Below are positions 27,074 through 37,445 of a stretch of DNA of 64,000 nucleotides, piece by piece (within the stretch, counting starts at the first letter, position 1; every line of letters begins with the position of its first letter). The notes beneath the pieces are model-generated. The model did not search any database, had not been told where the DNA came from, and was given only the letters and a program-made list of their open reading frames with translations. The DNA comes from a virus. The stretch lies in the IMG/VR virus record IMGVR_UViG_3300028327_000585; one strand, given 5' to 3'. The position numbers and the translations under genes were made by a program.

Positions 27074-28027
27074 ATGAGCTTAGAAAAACTGGGGTATCTT
27101 GAGCCAGGTGTAAGGGTTTTTCAGATAATCGCGAACCTTACGACTCCGCTCGCCGACATTCCACTGACGCCCGTATTAGTCGGCGCTTGTTACAAAGTCG
27201 TAAGCAAAGAGAATTTCGCCGATCAAGCAACATTTACCTTCCCATTCGAGGGCGGTCTGCCCTCTCTGCCGCCGGGGGCAATCCTCAATAGCGATAGCAT
27301 TGTGTTATATGTTACCGGAAAAGCAAAAATATATGGCGGTAATATAAGCGGGGGTTTTGCTGCGGGAAATAAATACACCGAATTGACGCTGCCTGATTCT
27401 TCCATTCTCCAGACGGGCGACAAAATTGAGATTGGCGGTTCCAGAGGCTCTTACACAATTGATTATGTCAAGGGCGATAAGATATACCTGAACGAGACCA
27501 TAAACCACACAGTTGACAACGACGCAACCGTCAGCATATTCAGAGACTACGTGGATTGTCCGGTAAAGTCAGGCTTTACTGTCAATATACAGGAATCCAT
27601 GCTTGATGTGGAAGAATTAAAAGCTCAAAAGCTGTTTCCTTTTGTCGAAGGCTCAATAAGCGTTTCCTATACAGCGTTGAGGCAAGACCTGTCCGGCAGA
27701 TACAAAATCAAGAATCACGCCGAACTTCAGGACATGATGGAGACCTGCATCAAGAATCCCCTGGGATTTCTCGCCTCCAAGTCCATTTCCACCAATTCGC
27801 TGTATCTGTACGTAACGACTGACGACAGCAAGGAAGCGATTCAGGCGGCGGCTTCAGAGTTGTCATATCCCGGCATATATTATTTAGTCCCAATCCTCGG
27901 CGGCAAAGAGATAGCAAACGCGTATTCAAATTACGCCATCGCCAAAACTCAGCCTGAAATTGGTGAATTTATGATGGCAATGGTCTGCCCCGCAACCGAA
28001 ATAGTCAAAGAAGAAACAATCGCATAG
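27074..28027 (+). CDS. Tail sheath protein, N-terminal part
   Basis: YLEPGVRVFQ...PVLVGACY sheath-type N-terminus; SD GGAG; ends at TAG 11 nt before the C-terminal part. Confidence 0.65.
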   Translation: MSLEKLGYLEPGVRVFQIIANLTTPLADIPLTPVLVGACYKVVSKENFADQATFTFPFEGGLPSLPPGAILNSDSIVLYVTGKAKIYGGNISGGFAAGNKYTELTLPDSSILQTGDKIEIGGSRGSYTIDYVKGDKIYLNETINHTVDNDATVSIFRDYVDCPVKSGFTVNIQESMLDVEELKAQKLFPFVEGSISVSYTALRQDLSGRYKIKNHAELQDMMETCIKNPLGFLASKSISTNSLYLYVTTDDSKEAIQAAASELSYPGIYYLVPILGGKEIANAYSNYAIAKTQPEIGEFMMAMVCPATEIVKEETIA

Positions 28028-28038
28028 GAATTACAGAT

Positions 28039-28974
28039 ATGGACTGGCCCCTTACGATCACAAAAGACAAAGGTAATTTCATGGAGTCCGTGCGCGTGGG
28101 CGACTATGTAGTTGCCACACCGCCCGGATCACAGCCCTGGATAACCAAAGAAAGCGCCGACACGCCTGTTCCTTACACCTCTATCAGAGTCGTAAACGTT
28201 TTAGACAACCACAATCTTGCCGTCAAAGCATACCTCAATAAAACCGAGGTAAAAGGTAAATTTGAAGTGGCGAGCGGAACAAAATATGAGGTAAAACGCT
28301 ATCTTACGACAGACCAGCAGATTGACCGCCTGGTCGCCATTGCCGCCAAATACAACAGCAACAGAACATGCTTAATCTGGCCTCCTGTAGCTCTGTGGCA
28401 GGACGAAGACGGCGAGTTGATTGACCTGGGGGCGCCATCAATAGCCGCCTGTTACGCCGCCGCCAAGACACGCTACCCGGCGCAGCAAGGATTTACCAAT
28501 ATGCCATTTGCGGGGCCGCATAGACTGAAATATTCAAATGATTATTTCAACCGCGAGCAACTCAACCGTCTGTCGGCGTCGGGATGGGCTGTGTTTGTAC
28601 AGGACGAACCCGGCGGCGCCATCAGTTGCCGTCACCAGGTTATGTCCGACGGCACGGAATCAACGATAATCCAACAGATTGATAAGGTAAGCATGGACAT
28701 TAAAGCGATGCTCAAGCCCATGATAGGTGTTTGGAATATCACAAGCGATTTACTTTCGGCTCTGACGGGTGTTATCACCAACTACCTCATTGAAGCGACA
28801 AACCGCAAGGTTGAACGTTGCGGCTCCTTGATTCAAGGGTTTACAGGGCCGATATTGCGGGCTAATCTTGGTGGACAGAATCGGGATTTGCCTAAGACTA
28901 TGATTGAATGTCGCGTCAATATCAGCTTTGGGCATCCTTTTAACAATTTAGATTTGATTATAATGGGAGAATAA
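28039..28974 (+). CDS. Tail sheath protein, C-terminal part
   Basis: AQQGFTN, FNREQLNRLSASGWAVFVQ...CRHQ, LKPMIGVWNIT, FNNLDL: contractile sheath C-terminal domain features. Confidence 0.7.
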   Translation: MDWPLTITKDKGNFMESVRVGDYVVATPPGSQPWITKESADTPVPYTSIRVVNVLDNHNLAVKAYLNKTEVKGKFEVASGTKYEVKRYLTTDQQIDRLVAIAAKYNSNRTCLIWPPVALWQDEDGELIDLGAPSIAACYAAAKTRYPAQQGFTNMPFAGPHRLKYSNDYFNREQLNRLSASGWAVFVQDEPGGAISCRHQVMSDGTESTIIQQIDKVSMDIKAMLKPMIGVWNITSDLLSALTGVITNYLIEATNRKVERCGSLIQGFTGPILRANLGGQNRDLPKTMIECRVNISFGHPFNNLDLIIMGE

Positions 28975-28976
28975 CT

Positions 28977-29675
28977 ATGTCTGGCACACTGTCCAATACT
29001 GCTAATAATTGGGATTGGAAAGAGAAATTTGTTGATTCAAAAGCAAACGCCTCAACCAGCGCCACATTTGCAAGCGCCGACAGCACTTTGATCTGCGTTG
29101 GCCCACCTGAAGCCCAGAAAGGCAGTCAATTTAATGTCCAGAAATTAGGCGCGGCATCTAGCTTCAGCCTGTCGCAACAGATACCTCAAAATCGAATAGC
29201 TGAAATCGGTTCCAGGCGCGTTCATTTTGTAAATGGCACTCCTGTCGGCGGAGGTTCTATATCAAGGTTTTTGTACCACGGGCCGACCCTGTTAAGGCAA
29301 TCTTATAAGCTGGTGTACGATACCAAAGAAAAAATAAGCATTGGCTCAGAGGAATTCTTTGGCAACCCAGATGTCGCGGGCATGTGGGAGCAAATGATTA
29401 AAAACGAAGAGGCCAAAGAAATCCATCATGCTCATGAAAAAACAGATTTTTGGATTTCATGCTGGGATACCAAACTCAGGTATCCTATTGGTTTTGCTGT
29501 TTATTTTCAGGATTCAGGCGGCAGATTTATTGGCGGGTATTATGTCGAGGGCGTTCAATACAACATGCACAATGTTGGGCAACAGGCGTCTCAAACGCTC
29601 ATAGCCGAGAGTCTCAGCTTCGCTTTTACCAAAGTCGTCCCGCTTGCTACGGGGCCAGGAAGCGAACTCAACTAA
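28977..29675 (+). CDS. Tail tube protein
   Basis: Directly follows the sheath; SFSLSQQ...IAEIGSRR, YYVEGVQ...IAESLSFAF beta pattern. Confidence 0.6.
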   Translation: MSGTLSNTANNWDWKEKFVDSKANASTSATFASADSTLICVGPPEAQKGSQFNVQKLGAASSFSLSQQIPQNRIAEIGSRRVHFVNGTPVGGGSISRFLYHGPTLLRQSYKLVYDTKEKISIGSEEFFGNPDVAGMWEQMIKNEEAKEIHHAHEKTDFWISCWDTKLRYPIGFAVYFQDSGGRFIGGYYVEGVQYNMHNVGQQASQTLIAESLSFAFTKVVPLATGPGSELN

Positions 29676-29712
29676 TTTCAGTTCGTAAAATAAGAAACAA
29701 CCTTATTTTATA

Positions 29713-29982
29713 ATGCCCCGACAAACTAAAATAACGCGAATGACAGAAATCACAGACCTAGTAGCGAAAGAAATCGACGAAGCCTTGGTGTCGTTAGGTT
29801 TGTCCATTCAAGACCTGATAACACGCGATCAGCTTGTCGAGGGCTACAGGGCTTACATGAACTCGCGCACGAACAAACCTGTACGCGACGAGCGGTACAG
29901 AAGCCCCGGACAGAGCTTTGCGAACGCGATAACTGAAGCGCCGCCGGACAAAACCTGTCTAAAGCCCCAGGCTCAATGTTGA
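29713..29982 (+). CDS. Hypothetical protein
   Basis: 89-aa ORF ending the plus-strand block. Confidence 0.45.
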   Translation: MPRQTKITRMTEITDLVAKEIDEALVSLGLSIQDLITRDQLVEGYRAYMNSRTNKPVRDERYRSPGQSFANAITEAPPDKTCLKPQAQC

Positions 29983-30225
29983 CGGCGCAATAACTATTTT
30001 TGCGCTGTCATGGGATTCCTCAGTCGGCAAAATCACGCGTATTATGTCGCCATTTGCAAAAGTAAAGTCTATGTGCTTTTTGCCCGACAGCGACAATGTT
30101 TGCGACGCGCCGCTTCTAAGAGTGTAGCTTATAGAGCTTGCGCCCTTTAGAGTTAAGGTTGAGGCCGACGAACTGCTCCATGAAATTATTATTTTATCAG
30201 CTGGCCCTATTGTCGTCATCCCCAT
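29959..30225 (-). CDS. Small beta-rich protein downstream of the long fibre
   Basis: 88-aa Ser/Thr-rich ORF 3 nt after the fibre stop. Confidence 0.55.
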   Translation of the reverse strand: MGMTTIGPADKIIISWSSSSASTLTLKGASSISYTLRSGASQTLSLSGKKHIDFTFANGDIIRVILPTEESHDSAKIVIAPSTLSLGL

Positions 30226-30228
30226 GCG

Positions 30229-33200
30229 CTACCCCACGCTGATACCGACAACGCAATTGGGAACGCTCGGTATGCTTATTGACCCCATCGCGCTGGATAC
30301 CGCGCTACTAACCGCACCGCTAACGTAAGACATAGTGGCGTAATCGCTCAAAGTCGAACTAAAATCAGACTTTGTCACATAACTGCTAAGGATGCTGGTT
30401 ATGGAACTGATTGAGGAGTTAAGAAGCCCCTGGGTGACAACCGCGTCCTTGCCGTCGGCGGATGTCGGAGTGGCGGCGTAAAGTTTGCTGCTGGCGTCGC
30501 GCCTGGCGAGAGAGTTATTGGTGGCGCTTGACGACCCCGCTGTATTCTGCACCCAGCTCCAGGTGGCGACATCGTTGCCGGATACGGGCGTCGCGCTATG
30601 CAGACGCGAATTGCCGTCATAAGCGGCTATCATGTTCGCGGTGGGGGTGGAAGTGGAATTGTGAACTCCGTCCGCGCCGCTTTTGCTTATGTGATCGCTG
30701 AGGTCTTGCCCCTTGGCATAACCGGAGAGGCTCTGAGGGTTTATTATAACCGTGCCTAACTCCTGAGCCAGAGCCTCCTCAGAGGACGCCCATGTGTCGG
30801 GGCGTCTCAGGTTGGGGATGTAAGCGGTAAAGAGATTGTCAACAAAGCTCTTGGTGGTGACGTCAAAGCCGTTTACGGGTGCCGCGGCCTGGATTCTGCC
30901 GTCAAGCCTGACAACCAGATTGTTGTCCTGCTCAATGTTTGTGACGTCTTTTTTCCCTGGCTTGGTGTCGTCGTAATACCAGTCATCGTGTGGAACAAAG
31001 TATGACCCGCCATGAGCGTTTTCACCAAGATTCTGGGCGTGCAGGGCCAGCGTTGTATTCTTGAGATAGGCGCTTAAATGGATCGGGCGCAAGGGTTTGT
31101 AGACCTCTTTATCAGGGTTTACAGCGTCATCCATAGTCGCCCACTCAGGCGCGTCCTTCACATCCACAAACTTTGATTGCAGGTATTTATAAGCGTATTC
31201 CCTGTTTATCACGGTGTCGTTGCTGTCTTCAAGTGTGGCCGTAGCGCTGGTCAATTTGGCCGCGGCGGTGTAGGATACCAACTGATTCGCAACCGGCGTA
31301 TCGGAGGCTCCGTGAGCGGACACGCCGCGCAGTTTGCTGTGTTCATCCAGTGATTTGTCGCTGTACCCTTTGGTAGCGACGTCAAAGATATTTACCGGCT
31401 CGGCGGATTGCAGGCGACCCTGGTAGCGGACAGCTATATTGTTGTCAGCGTTGGAAGGAGCTTCTTTCGTGAAAAATGTCCCGCCATGAACCTTGTCCAC
31501 CCCCGTTGCTTTGAGATGCGCCGCTAAATCGTCGTTTTTTGCATATCCAAACAAGCTCTGGGGGCGCACAATAAGGTTTCCCGCGGCCTGTTCCAAAGCC
31601 TGTTCCGCCGAAGCCCATTCCAGGTTGTCTATGGTCGCTTTCAGATTGTTGTCGATATAGCCCTTGGTGGCGACAGTGCTTGTTGGGTCAGTGTCCACGG
31701 GCGTAGTGCTGTATAGTTTGGCGGAGCCATCGTAGGCCGCTATTGTGTATTTCGTCGGGGTTGAGGACGCCCCATGCGCCGCTGTCGCTTTAATGTGAGC
31801 GGACAGATCACCGGCCTTGGCATAATCCGTCAAATTACTTATCACGCTGCCTATAGCAGTTGCCAGCTCTGTGGATTTAACTGTTATGGCGCTGTCGACG
31901 TAATCTTTGTTCGCTGCGTCAAGAGCCGCGTCAGGCGTCGCCACCTGCGTTCTGCCCTGGGCGTCGCGGCGCATAATCGTATTGGCAGTGGACATGCTGC
32001 TTCCGAGTTTGTCGGAATACCTCTTTGTGGCCGCGTCGGCATCAGCTGCCGGATCGGCCACCTGCACCCTGCCCGCGCTGTTCCTGAGCATTATGCGGTC
32101 AGGAGAGGCGTCAAAAGTGGCCCCATGCGCCGTCATTGAATTCACATGCGCATCAAAGGTTATCTTGAGCGTGTAACCGGTAAGCGCGGCTGGAGCCACA
32201 ACTTTGTCCTTTGACGCCTGGAGGGCGGCTTCATCGGCGCTCGCAAAGGAGATGTAAGAGATTGTGTCAACGTAACTCTTTGTGGCCGCGTCGCCATCCA
32301 GAACAGGGTCGGCAAACTGAGCACGGCCATCCTTATCACGAACAACAATGCGATCCGCCGTTGGCGCCGAGACAGCGCCGTGAGCTGTGGTCAAATCAGC
32401 GTGCGCTTTCACAGTATCAGAGCTTTTTGTGTCGGCGTACAGTTTGTTTACGGCATCCCCGTCTTTGGTCGGAGCGCCCAGGCTGATTATGGTGTTGCCG
32501 GCCAGGTTGAGATGGCTGCGTAATGGCGTCCCGTTGTCCTGGATATATGGGTCAAGAGTTTCCGCCAGCCATTCGGGGCTTACCTGTAAAGACCCCTGCG
32601 GATTCATTATCAGCGAAACGTTGTCAGGGTATCCGTATTGATCCACTATTTTCAGCCACGCGGTAGAGCTTACTTTCTCGTTCCACCACGCGACACCTGT
32701 ATGCCCCGGCGCCATGATGTCCATGTTCTGAATAAAATAGTAGTCGCCATGCGTTCCAGCCAGAGGAAGTTTGCTTTCAAGATCCAATTCCCCCGGAATG
32801 CTCAAAGACTGTGATTCGATAACCATACCCAGTGACTGCTGCACATAGTCGTGAACGGCTTTCACGGTAGGGTATTTATTCGCGTGCTCAACCTTTCCGG
32901 TGACAGAGGGCCATCTGTTGCTCTGTCGCTCAAAAAAGTCGGAAGCGATGGCCCTGGCAACAGCCGTCCGCAAATCTTCGGATGTACTAAGCACAGGGTT
33001 CTTTGGGTCTTTGTTGTCAACGTCAAGCAGCGTCTCGTCGTTGCGCGACGCAATCGTCTCGACCATTCCGTTTTGTGTCAGATACGAAATGGCGTTGTCT
33101 GTATAAGCAGACGACGCATTTTTTGCTTCATTGACTGATGAAGCGACAAAATTATAGGTTGCTTCAGCGGTAGGATACTGATTATTTGTCGCCTTATCCG

Positions 33201-34839
33201 TTATGGCAATCACTTTATTGTCTGTCTGCTCGGCGGAGTTAGCCAAATTTACGGCGTTTACTAACAAATCCGAAGCGCCGAGCGTAGGATGAGAGGCGTC
33301 GGAATTGTCAACGTCTATCATCTCGTCATGAGGCTCTATGCCGCTCACGATAGGGGGCAGCTCGGCGACAATGTTCTCAGCGTATTGCTCCGCGCTTGTC
33401 TGGGCTGTATCAGCGTAATGCTGCGCGTTGCTGTCAAGCGATACGGCGAGCCTGCGGACTGAAGCCGCGCTTGGGTATTGCTCGTCTGTCGCGTTCTCGT
33501 CAATGACCGTGACTTTATTGGCGGGCTGTTCCGCCTTGTTGGCGAGGCTAACCGCCTCCTGGAGTTCCGGTGTTGATTCTATGATTGGGCTTGAGGGGTT
33601 GAGGTTGTTGGCCGAAATCAGAATCTCATCCGCCACGATGCCGCTCACGATTTTGGGCAGCTCCGCAATCCTGTCGGCTGTATAGCTCTGGACGAAATCA
33701 GCTACGGCTTTGGCGCTTGGATACTGGCCGTTTGTGGAGTCTTTATCAATGGACGACACCTTGAAAGCTGTATGCTCCACAGTGTCATTCAATTCATTGA
33801 CCCGTTTGTCCGTGTAACCTTTCGAGAAGGTGTAGACAGCAAGTGAGCTTGGGTAAGCGCTGTTGCTTGCGGCGTCGTCTATTTTAGTCACTTTGTTTGC
33901 GGACAGCTCCGCTTTGTCGATCAGCGAGACGGCATTTTTCAGGGCGGTCGTGGAACTAATGACAGGAGCGTTTTTGTTAGTGGAATTGACCTGTATCAAC
34001 GCCTCCCCATCCGCAGCGCTGACAGTACTGACGATATTGGGAAGCGCGTCAAATCTTTCTTTGACGGAGGTTGACACATAATCGGTAAGTGCTTTCACGC
34101 TCGGATACTGGATGACGCTCTGAGTGTCGCCGATGGCGGACACCTTATTGGTCTTCTGCTCGGCGGTCTTTGCTTTGGAAGCGATGTCCTGCAAAGCTGT
34201 TGTCGAGAGTATCACGGGATTCAGCGGGTCGGTGTTGTCCACAGACACCAACGAATCATACGATGTCACGCTGCTAACAATGCGCGGCAGCGAATTCATC
34301 GCGTTTCGGACAGAAGCCGTGACGTAATTTATCACTGCTCCCGTGCTGGGATATTTTGTCGCGTCGGGCGCGTCTATGACACTCGTTTTGTTCGCGGACA
34401 TTTCCGCTTTGGGGATGGTCGCCACCGCGTCTTTTAAGATTTGTGCCGAAGACAGAACCGGATGAGCGGGATTTTTGTTGTCCACATTGAAAAGCTGCTC
34501 GCCATTACTTTTTGTCACGCTGCTGACAATCGGAGGCAATTGGGCGATCTCGCTGTCCGTGTATTCCTTGGCCTCGATCAGAGCCGTAGCGACTTCCCGT
34601 ATCGCATCCTCAAGACTCGCCTCTTTCAGCCAGGTCTCCATGTCTGGGGACAGCCTGTATGTCTGTTCTTCCATTGCGACCCAGACCAACATCCCCGTTT
34701 TTCTGCGGAGCGATGGGATCGCGTCTCTTTCCCCGATGTCCCGAACCACGCGGAGGCCGCCCGACATGTGTGTGTCGGATACAATCGCAAACGGAGCGTC
34801 ATTTTCCGGCACAAAATTGGAGATAACATTAATAGGCAT
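30229..34839 (-). CDS. Long tail fibre (~1536 aa) built from repeats
   Basis: About 7 NKVxxI...YPSxxAV repeats, then about 9 AHG...RD..GR.Q...P....DAATKxYxD repeats; ATG 34839 with SD GAGG. Confidence 0.8.
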   Translation of the reverse strand: MPINVISNFVPENDAPFAIVSDTHMSGGLRVVRDIGERDAIPSLRRKTGMLVWVAMEEQTYRLSPDMETWLKEASLEDAIREVATALIEAKEYTDSEIAQLPPIVSSVTKSNGEQLFNVDNKNPAHPVLSSAQILKDAVATIPKAEMSANKTSVIDAPDATKYPSTGAVINYVTASVRNAMNSLPRIVSSVTSYDSLVSVDNTDPLNPVILSTTALQDIASKAKTAEQKTNKVSAIGDTQSVIQYPSVKALTDYVSTSVKERFDALPNIVSTVSAADGEALIQVNSTNKNAPVISSTTALKNAVSLIDKAELSANKVTKIDDAASNSAYPSSLAVYTFSKGYTDKRVNELNDTVEHTAFKVSSIDKDSTNGQYPSAKAVADFVQSYTADRIAELPKIVSGIVADEILISANNLNPSSPIIESTPELQEAVSLANKAEQPANKVTVIDENATDEQYPSAASVRRLAVSLDSNAQHYADTAQTSAEQYAENIVAELPPIVSGIEPHDEMIDVDNSDASHPTLGASDLLVNAVNLANSAEQTDNKVIAITDKATNNQYPTAEATYNFVASSVNEAKNASSAYTDNAISYLTQNGMVETIASRNDETLLDVDNKDPKNPVLSTSEDLRTAVARAIASDFFERQSNRWPSVTGKVEHANKYPTVKAVHDYVQQSLGMVIESQSLSIPGELDLESKLPLAGTHGDYYFIQNMDIMAPGHTGVAWWNEKVSSTAWLKIVDQYGYPDNVSLIMNPQGSLQVSPEWLAETLDPYIQDNGTPLRSHLNLAGNTIISLGAPTKDGDAVNKLYADTKSSDTVKAHADLTTAHGAVSAPTADRIVVRDKDGRAQFADPVLDGDAATKSYVDTISYISFASADEAALQASKDKVVAPAALTGYTLKITFDAHVNSMTAHGATFDASPDRIMLRNSAGRVQVADPAADADAATKRYSDKLGSSMSTANTIMRRDAQGRTQVATPDAALDAANKDYVDSAITVKSTELATAIGSVISNLTDYAKAGDLSAHIKATAAHGASSTPTKYTIAAYDGSAKLYSTTPVDTDPTSTVATKGYIDNNLKATIDNLEWASAEQALEQAAGNLIVRPQSLFGYAKNDDLAAHLKATGVDKVHGGTFFTKEAPSNADNNIAVRYQGRLQSAEPVNIFDVATKGYSDKSLDEHSKLRGVSAHGASDTPVANQLVSYTAAAKLTSATATLEDSNDTVINREYAYKYLQSKFVDVKDAPEWATMDDAVNPDKEVYKPLRPIHLSAYLKNTTLALHAQNLGENAHGGSYFVPHDDWYYDDTKPGKKDVTNIEQDNNLVVRLDGRIQAAAPVNGFDVTTKSFVDNLFTAYIPNLRRPDTWASSEEALAQELGTVIINPQSLSGYAKGQDLSDHISKSGADGVHNSTSTPTANMIAAYDGNSRLHSATPVSGNDVATWSWVQNTAGSSSATNNSLARRDASSKLYAATPTSADGKDAVVTQGLLNSSISSITSILSSYVTKSDFSSTLSDYATMSYVSGAVSSAVSSAMGSISIPSVPNCVVGISVG

Positions 34840-34847
34840 TGGCGGCC

Positions 34848-37358
34848 TCAACTATTGACATGAAAAATATTGATTTCGTCATCAACCAGAATGTCGGCGT
34901 CGGGAATAGAGAGCAGCCTGTTCACTGGGTTGTAAGTCCAAAACCCTGTCGGGTACACAAGCATGTTCCGACAAACCATAAGAACGCCAGCAACTTTATT
35001 GCCCATAGCGAAAGTCTGGGCACCGGCTGTCGTGGTTGTTTTGAGCGTCCACTGAAGACCATCCAGGAGCTGCTTTGTCGCGGAATTATCAACGTATTTC
35101 TTGTTTGCTATGTCCAAGTCCGCTACGGGCGCGAGAACCTGTGATCTGCCTTGCGAATCCCGAATCATCATGCGTCCGGCAAGAGCTTCGGACGTAGCGT
35201 TGTGCGCCGATGTCTGATTGGTGTGGACATCAATGTCGTTTGTCAGCGCGAAGTCGACGAGACTGGCGGGGCTGACGGCTTTGTTCTCCACGCTTCTGGC
35301 TACGGTCTCATCAGTGCTGGCGTAACTTATCTGAGGTGAAAAGGCGTCAAGATAACCTTTGGTCACAATTGTGGTGGGCGGGTCTGTGGACAACGGGGTG
35401 CTGACATAAGCCTTGCCATTGCTGTCTCTGGATATAATTCGCCCGGATATGTTGTTTGGTGTCGCGCCATGCGCCGCCACGGACGAGGTGTGATCGCTGA
35501 ACCAGGCGGGGCGCCAGGCCGAAGAAACAGAGAGTTGCCCCGTGGCGTTGAGAACAATGGACGAATTATCCGGCACGCCATATCTGTCAAAAAGAGTATG
35601 GAAACTGCCGTCGTTATACCAGGCGACACCGGTATGTCCGGGGGCTGTGACGTCCATTTCCTGAATATAGTAATGGTCGCTGTCTTTGGCGGTGGCCGAT
35701 AATTCGTCCAATTCGCTTTCACGTTCAAGCGGTAGCGGGATTTTCAGACCGGTGGACGGAACTGTATTAATAGCCGCCTGAAGCTGCGCCCAGACAGAGG
35801 CCGCGTTGGGGTATTGGTTTGCTGTGGACGTTGCGCTGAGAGCCACTTTGTTGCTCTTTTGCTCGGCGCCCTGAGCCAGTGTCACAGCGTTCCTAAGAGC
35901 CGTGGTTGACTCGATAAAGGGATTGGCGGGGTCATCGTTATTGACAAATACCAGGGAATCAACAGACTGAACACTTTCAACGCCTGTGTTGAGCGCCGCG
36001 ATAAAATCAACGACGCCCAAAAACTCATCTGTTGTCCTGAGTACCGGATTGGCAGGATCGACATTATCTATGGTTATGTAGCGTTCATTGGGATCGACAT
36101 TGACCGTTTGAACGCCGCTGACATGCGCGGCGATGATGCTGTTAAGCCATGAGACGGCCACGGACATTCGCCCCAGCGCGTCTGTAACAATGGTTTCGCC
36201 GTCCGGCACAGGAGAATCCTGAAGATAGTTGTGGTCGCCGTCCTGTCCTAACCTGCCAACCGCTTCAGTTATTTGCTGGATATGATTCCACACCGATTTG
36301 GCGTCGGGATACTGGTCTGAAGTCACATTTTCACTGAGCGGGACTCTGTTTGTTTTTAATTCAAACGCTGTTGTGTCTATATCTGGAGTGTTATTGAGTA
36401 TTTCAGAGACGATATTTGTGGTGCAGAAATTCGCCAACCACTCAGGGTCAACTTTTATTTGCCCTGTGGAGTTAATGACAATGCTCTCTCCATCGGGCGA
36501 GTTATACCGGTTCACAAAGACCTTGAATTCGCTTCCTGTCCACAGGGCCATGCCGGAATGTCCAGGGGCTGTCTTGTCCAGATACTGAATCAAATAGAAG
36601 TCGCCGTCCTGCCCTGGCGCGACAAGAGAGCTTTCGAGGTTCAGATATTTGGGTTTCCATCCGTAACCCGCGGAAAGACCAACAAAAATACTGCTGATAT
36701 AGTCATAGACTGATTTGGCGTTTGGGTATTGGTCTGATGTCGCGTCGGCGCTGAGTTCAACTTTGTTTTCAATCTGCTCTGATTTCTGAGCGAGATTTAC
36801 CGCGCTTTTAAGTGTCGCGGAGGACACCACGACAGGATGTTTGGGGTCGTCGTTGTCAACTAACAGGAGTTCTTCTGTGGGGCTTGCGTTAATTGTTACG
36901 ACACCCGTGTCGACAGCGGCGGGTTTGAGTAAATCGCGCAATTTATCAGTAGTGAACAGGACTCCATCGTTAATCCCGATGAGTTCCTCACCAGCCTTGA
37001 CGCTGAAGGTAACGTTGGGCGTTGATTGTGAATTAAGCGCCTCTCTTAATTTATCTGTGGAAAATATAGTGTTATCTTCCACGCCAATGAATTCTTCGCC
37101 ATCCCTGACACTAATGGGGGCGATCGTGACGCCGCCCTCCTCCGACGCGACTCCCCAGACAATGAGATTATCAGCGAGCCTATATGTGCGCTGTTCATCC
37201 TGGACATATACCAGCATCCCGGCTTTACGTCGCATCTTCGGGATCTCCTGCATCTCCTGACGAGTTTTTACAGTACGAAAACCTCCCGCGATAAAATCAT
37301 CACGAGTTACAGGAAAATCACTAAATGGCACAATTTCACTGATTATATTTATTGGCAT
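34848..37358 (-). CDS. Second tail fibre (836 aa), paralog of 30229-34839
   Basis: Same N-terminal GGxRxV...RRKxGMLVxV...TYRL domain and the same repeat types; SD CAGGAG and an upstream TGTTATAAT. Confidence 0.8.
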   Translation of the reverse strand: MPINIISEIVPFSDFPVTRDDFIAGGFRTVKTRQEMQEIPKMRRKAGMLVYVQDEQRTYRLADNLIVWGVASEEGGVTIAPISVRDGEEFIGVEDNTIFSTDKLREALNSQSTPNVTFSVKAGEELIGINDGVLFTTDKLRDLLKPAAVDTGVVTINASPTEELLLVDNDDPKHPVVVSSATLKSAVNLAQKSEQIENKVELSADATSDQYPNAKSVYDYISSIFVGLSAGYGWKPKYLNLESSLVAPGQDGDFYLIQYLDKTAPGHSGMALWTGSEFKVFVNRYNSPDGESIVINSTGQIKVDPEWLANFCTTNIVSEILNNTPDIDTTAFELKTNRVPLSENVTSDQYPDAKSVWNHIQQITEAVGRLGQDGDHNYLQDSPVPDGETIVTDALGRMSVAVSWLNSIIAAHVSGVQTVNVDPNERYITIDNVDPANPVLRTTDEFLGVVDFIAALNTGVESVQSVDSLVFVNNDDPANPFIESTTALRNAVTLAQGAEQKSNKVALSATSTANQYPNAASVWAQLQAAINTVPSTGLKIPLPLERESELDELSATAKDSDHYYIQEMDVTAPGHTGVAWYNDGSFHTLFDRYGVPDNSSIVLNATGQLSVSSAWRPAWFSDHTSSVAAHGATPNNISGRIISRDSNGKAYVSTPLSTDPPTTIVTKGYLDAFSPQISYASTDETVARSVENKAVSPASLVDFALTNDIDVHTNQTSAHNATSEALAGRMMIRDSQGRSQVLAPVADLDIANKKYVDNSATKQLLDGLQWTLKTTTTAGAQTFAMGNKVAGVLMVCRNMLVYPTGFWTYNPVNRLLSIPDADILVDDEINIFHVNS

Positions 37359-37399
37359 GTTAGGGGTGCTCCTGATTAATTATAACACCGCCAATAACT

Positions 37400-37427
37400 A
37401 AAAAAAAGAGGCTCAAAGAGCCTCTTT
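37400..37427 (-). terminator. Intrinsic terminator ending the minus-strand early arm before the fibre promoter
   Basis: Perfect 10-bp stem AAAGAGGCTC/GAGCCTCTTT with a T-run on the minus strand. Confidence 0.7.
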
Positions 37428-37433
37428 GGTGAG

Positions 37434-37439
37434 TATTAT
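37434..37439 (+). promoter_or_regulatory. TATTAT 6 nt before ATG 37446
   Basis: No SD; leaderless geometry. Confidence 0.4.
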
Positions 37440-37445
37440 TGGAAT

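Noticed and set aside
28025-28110. TAG read-through or stop-codon reassignment joining the sheath halves
   Set aside because: Reading through TAG stays in the wrong frame and hits another TAG within about 30 codons; other genes end normally at TAG, so the genetic code appears standard.
30229-37358. Diversity-generating retroelement or invertase shufflon acting on the fibres
   Set aside because: No reverse transcriptase, no near-identical TR/VR pair differing at adenines, and no invertase or inverted crossover sites; the repeats are diverged protein-level repeats.
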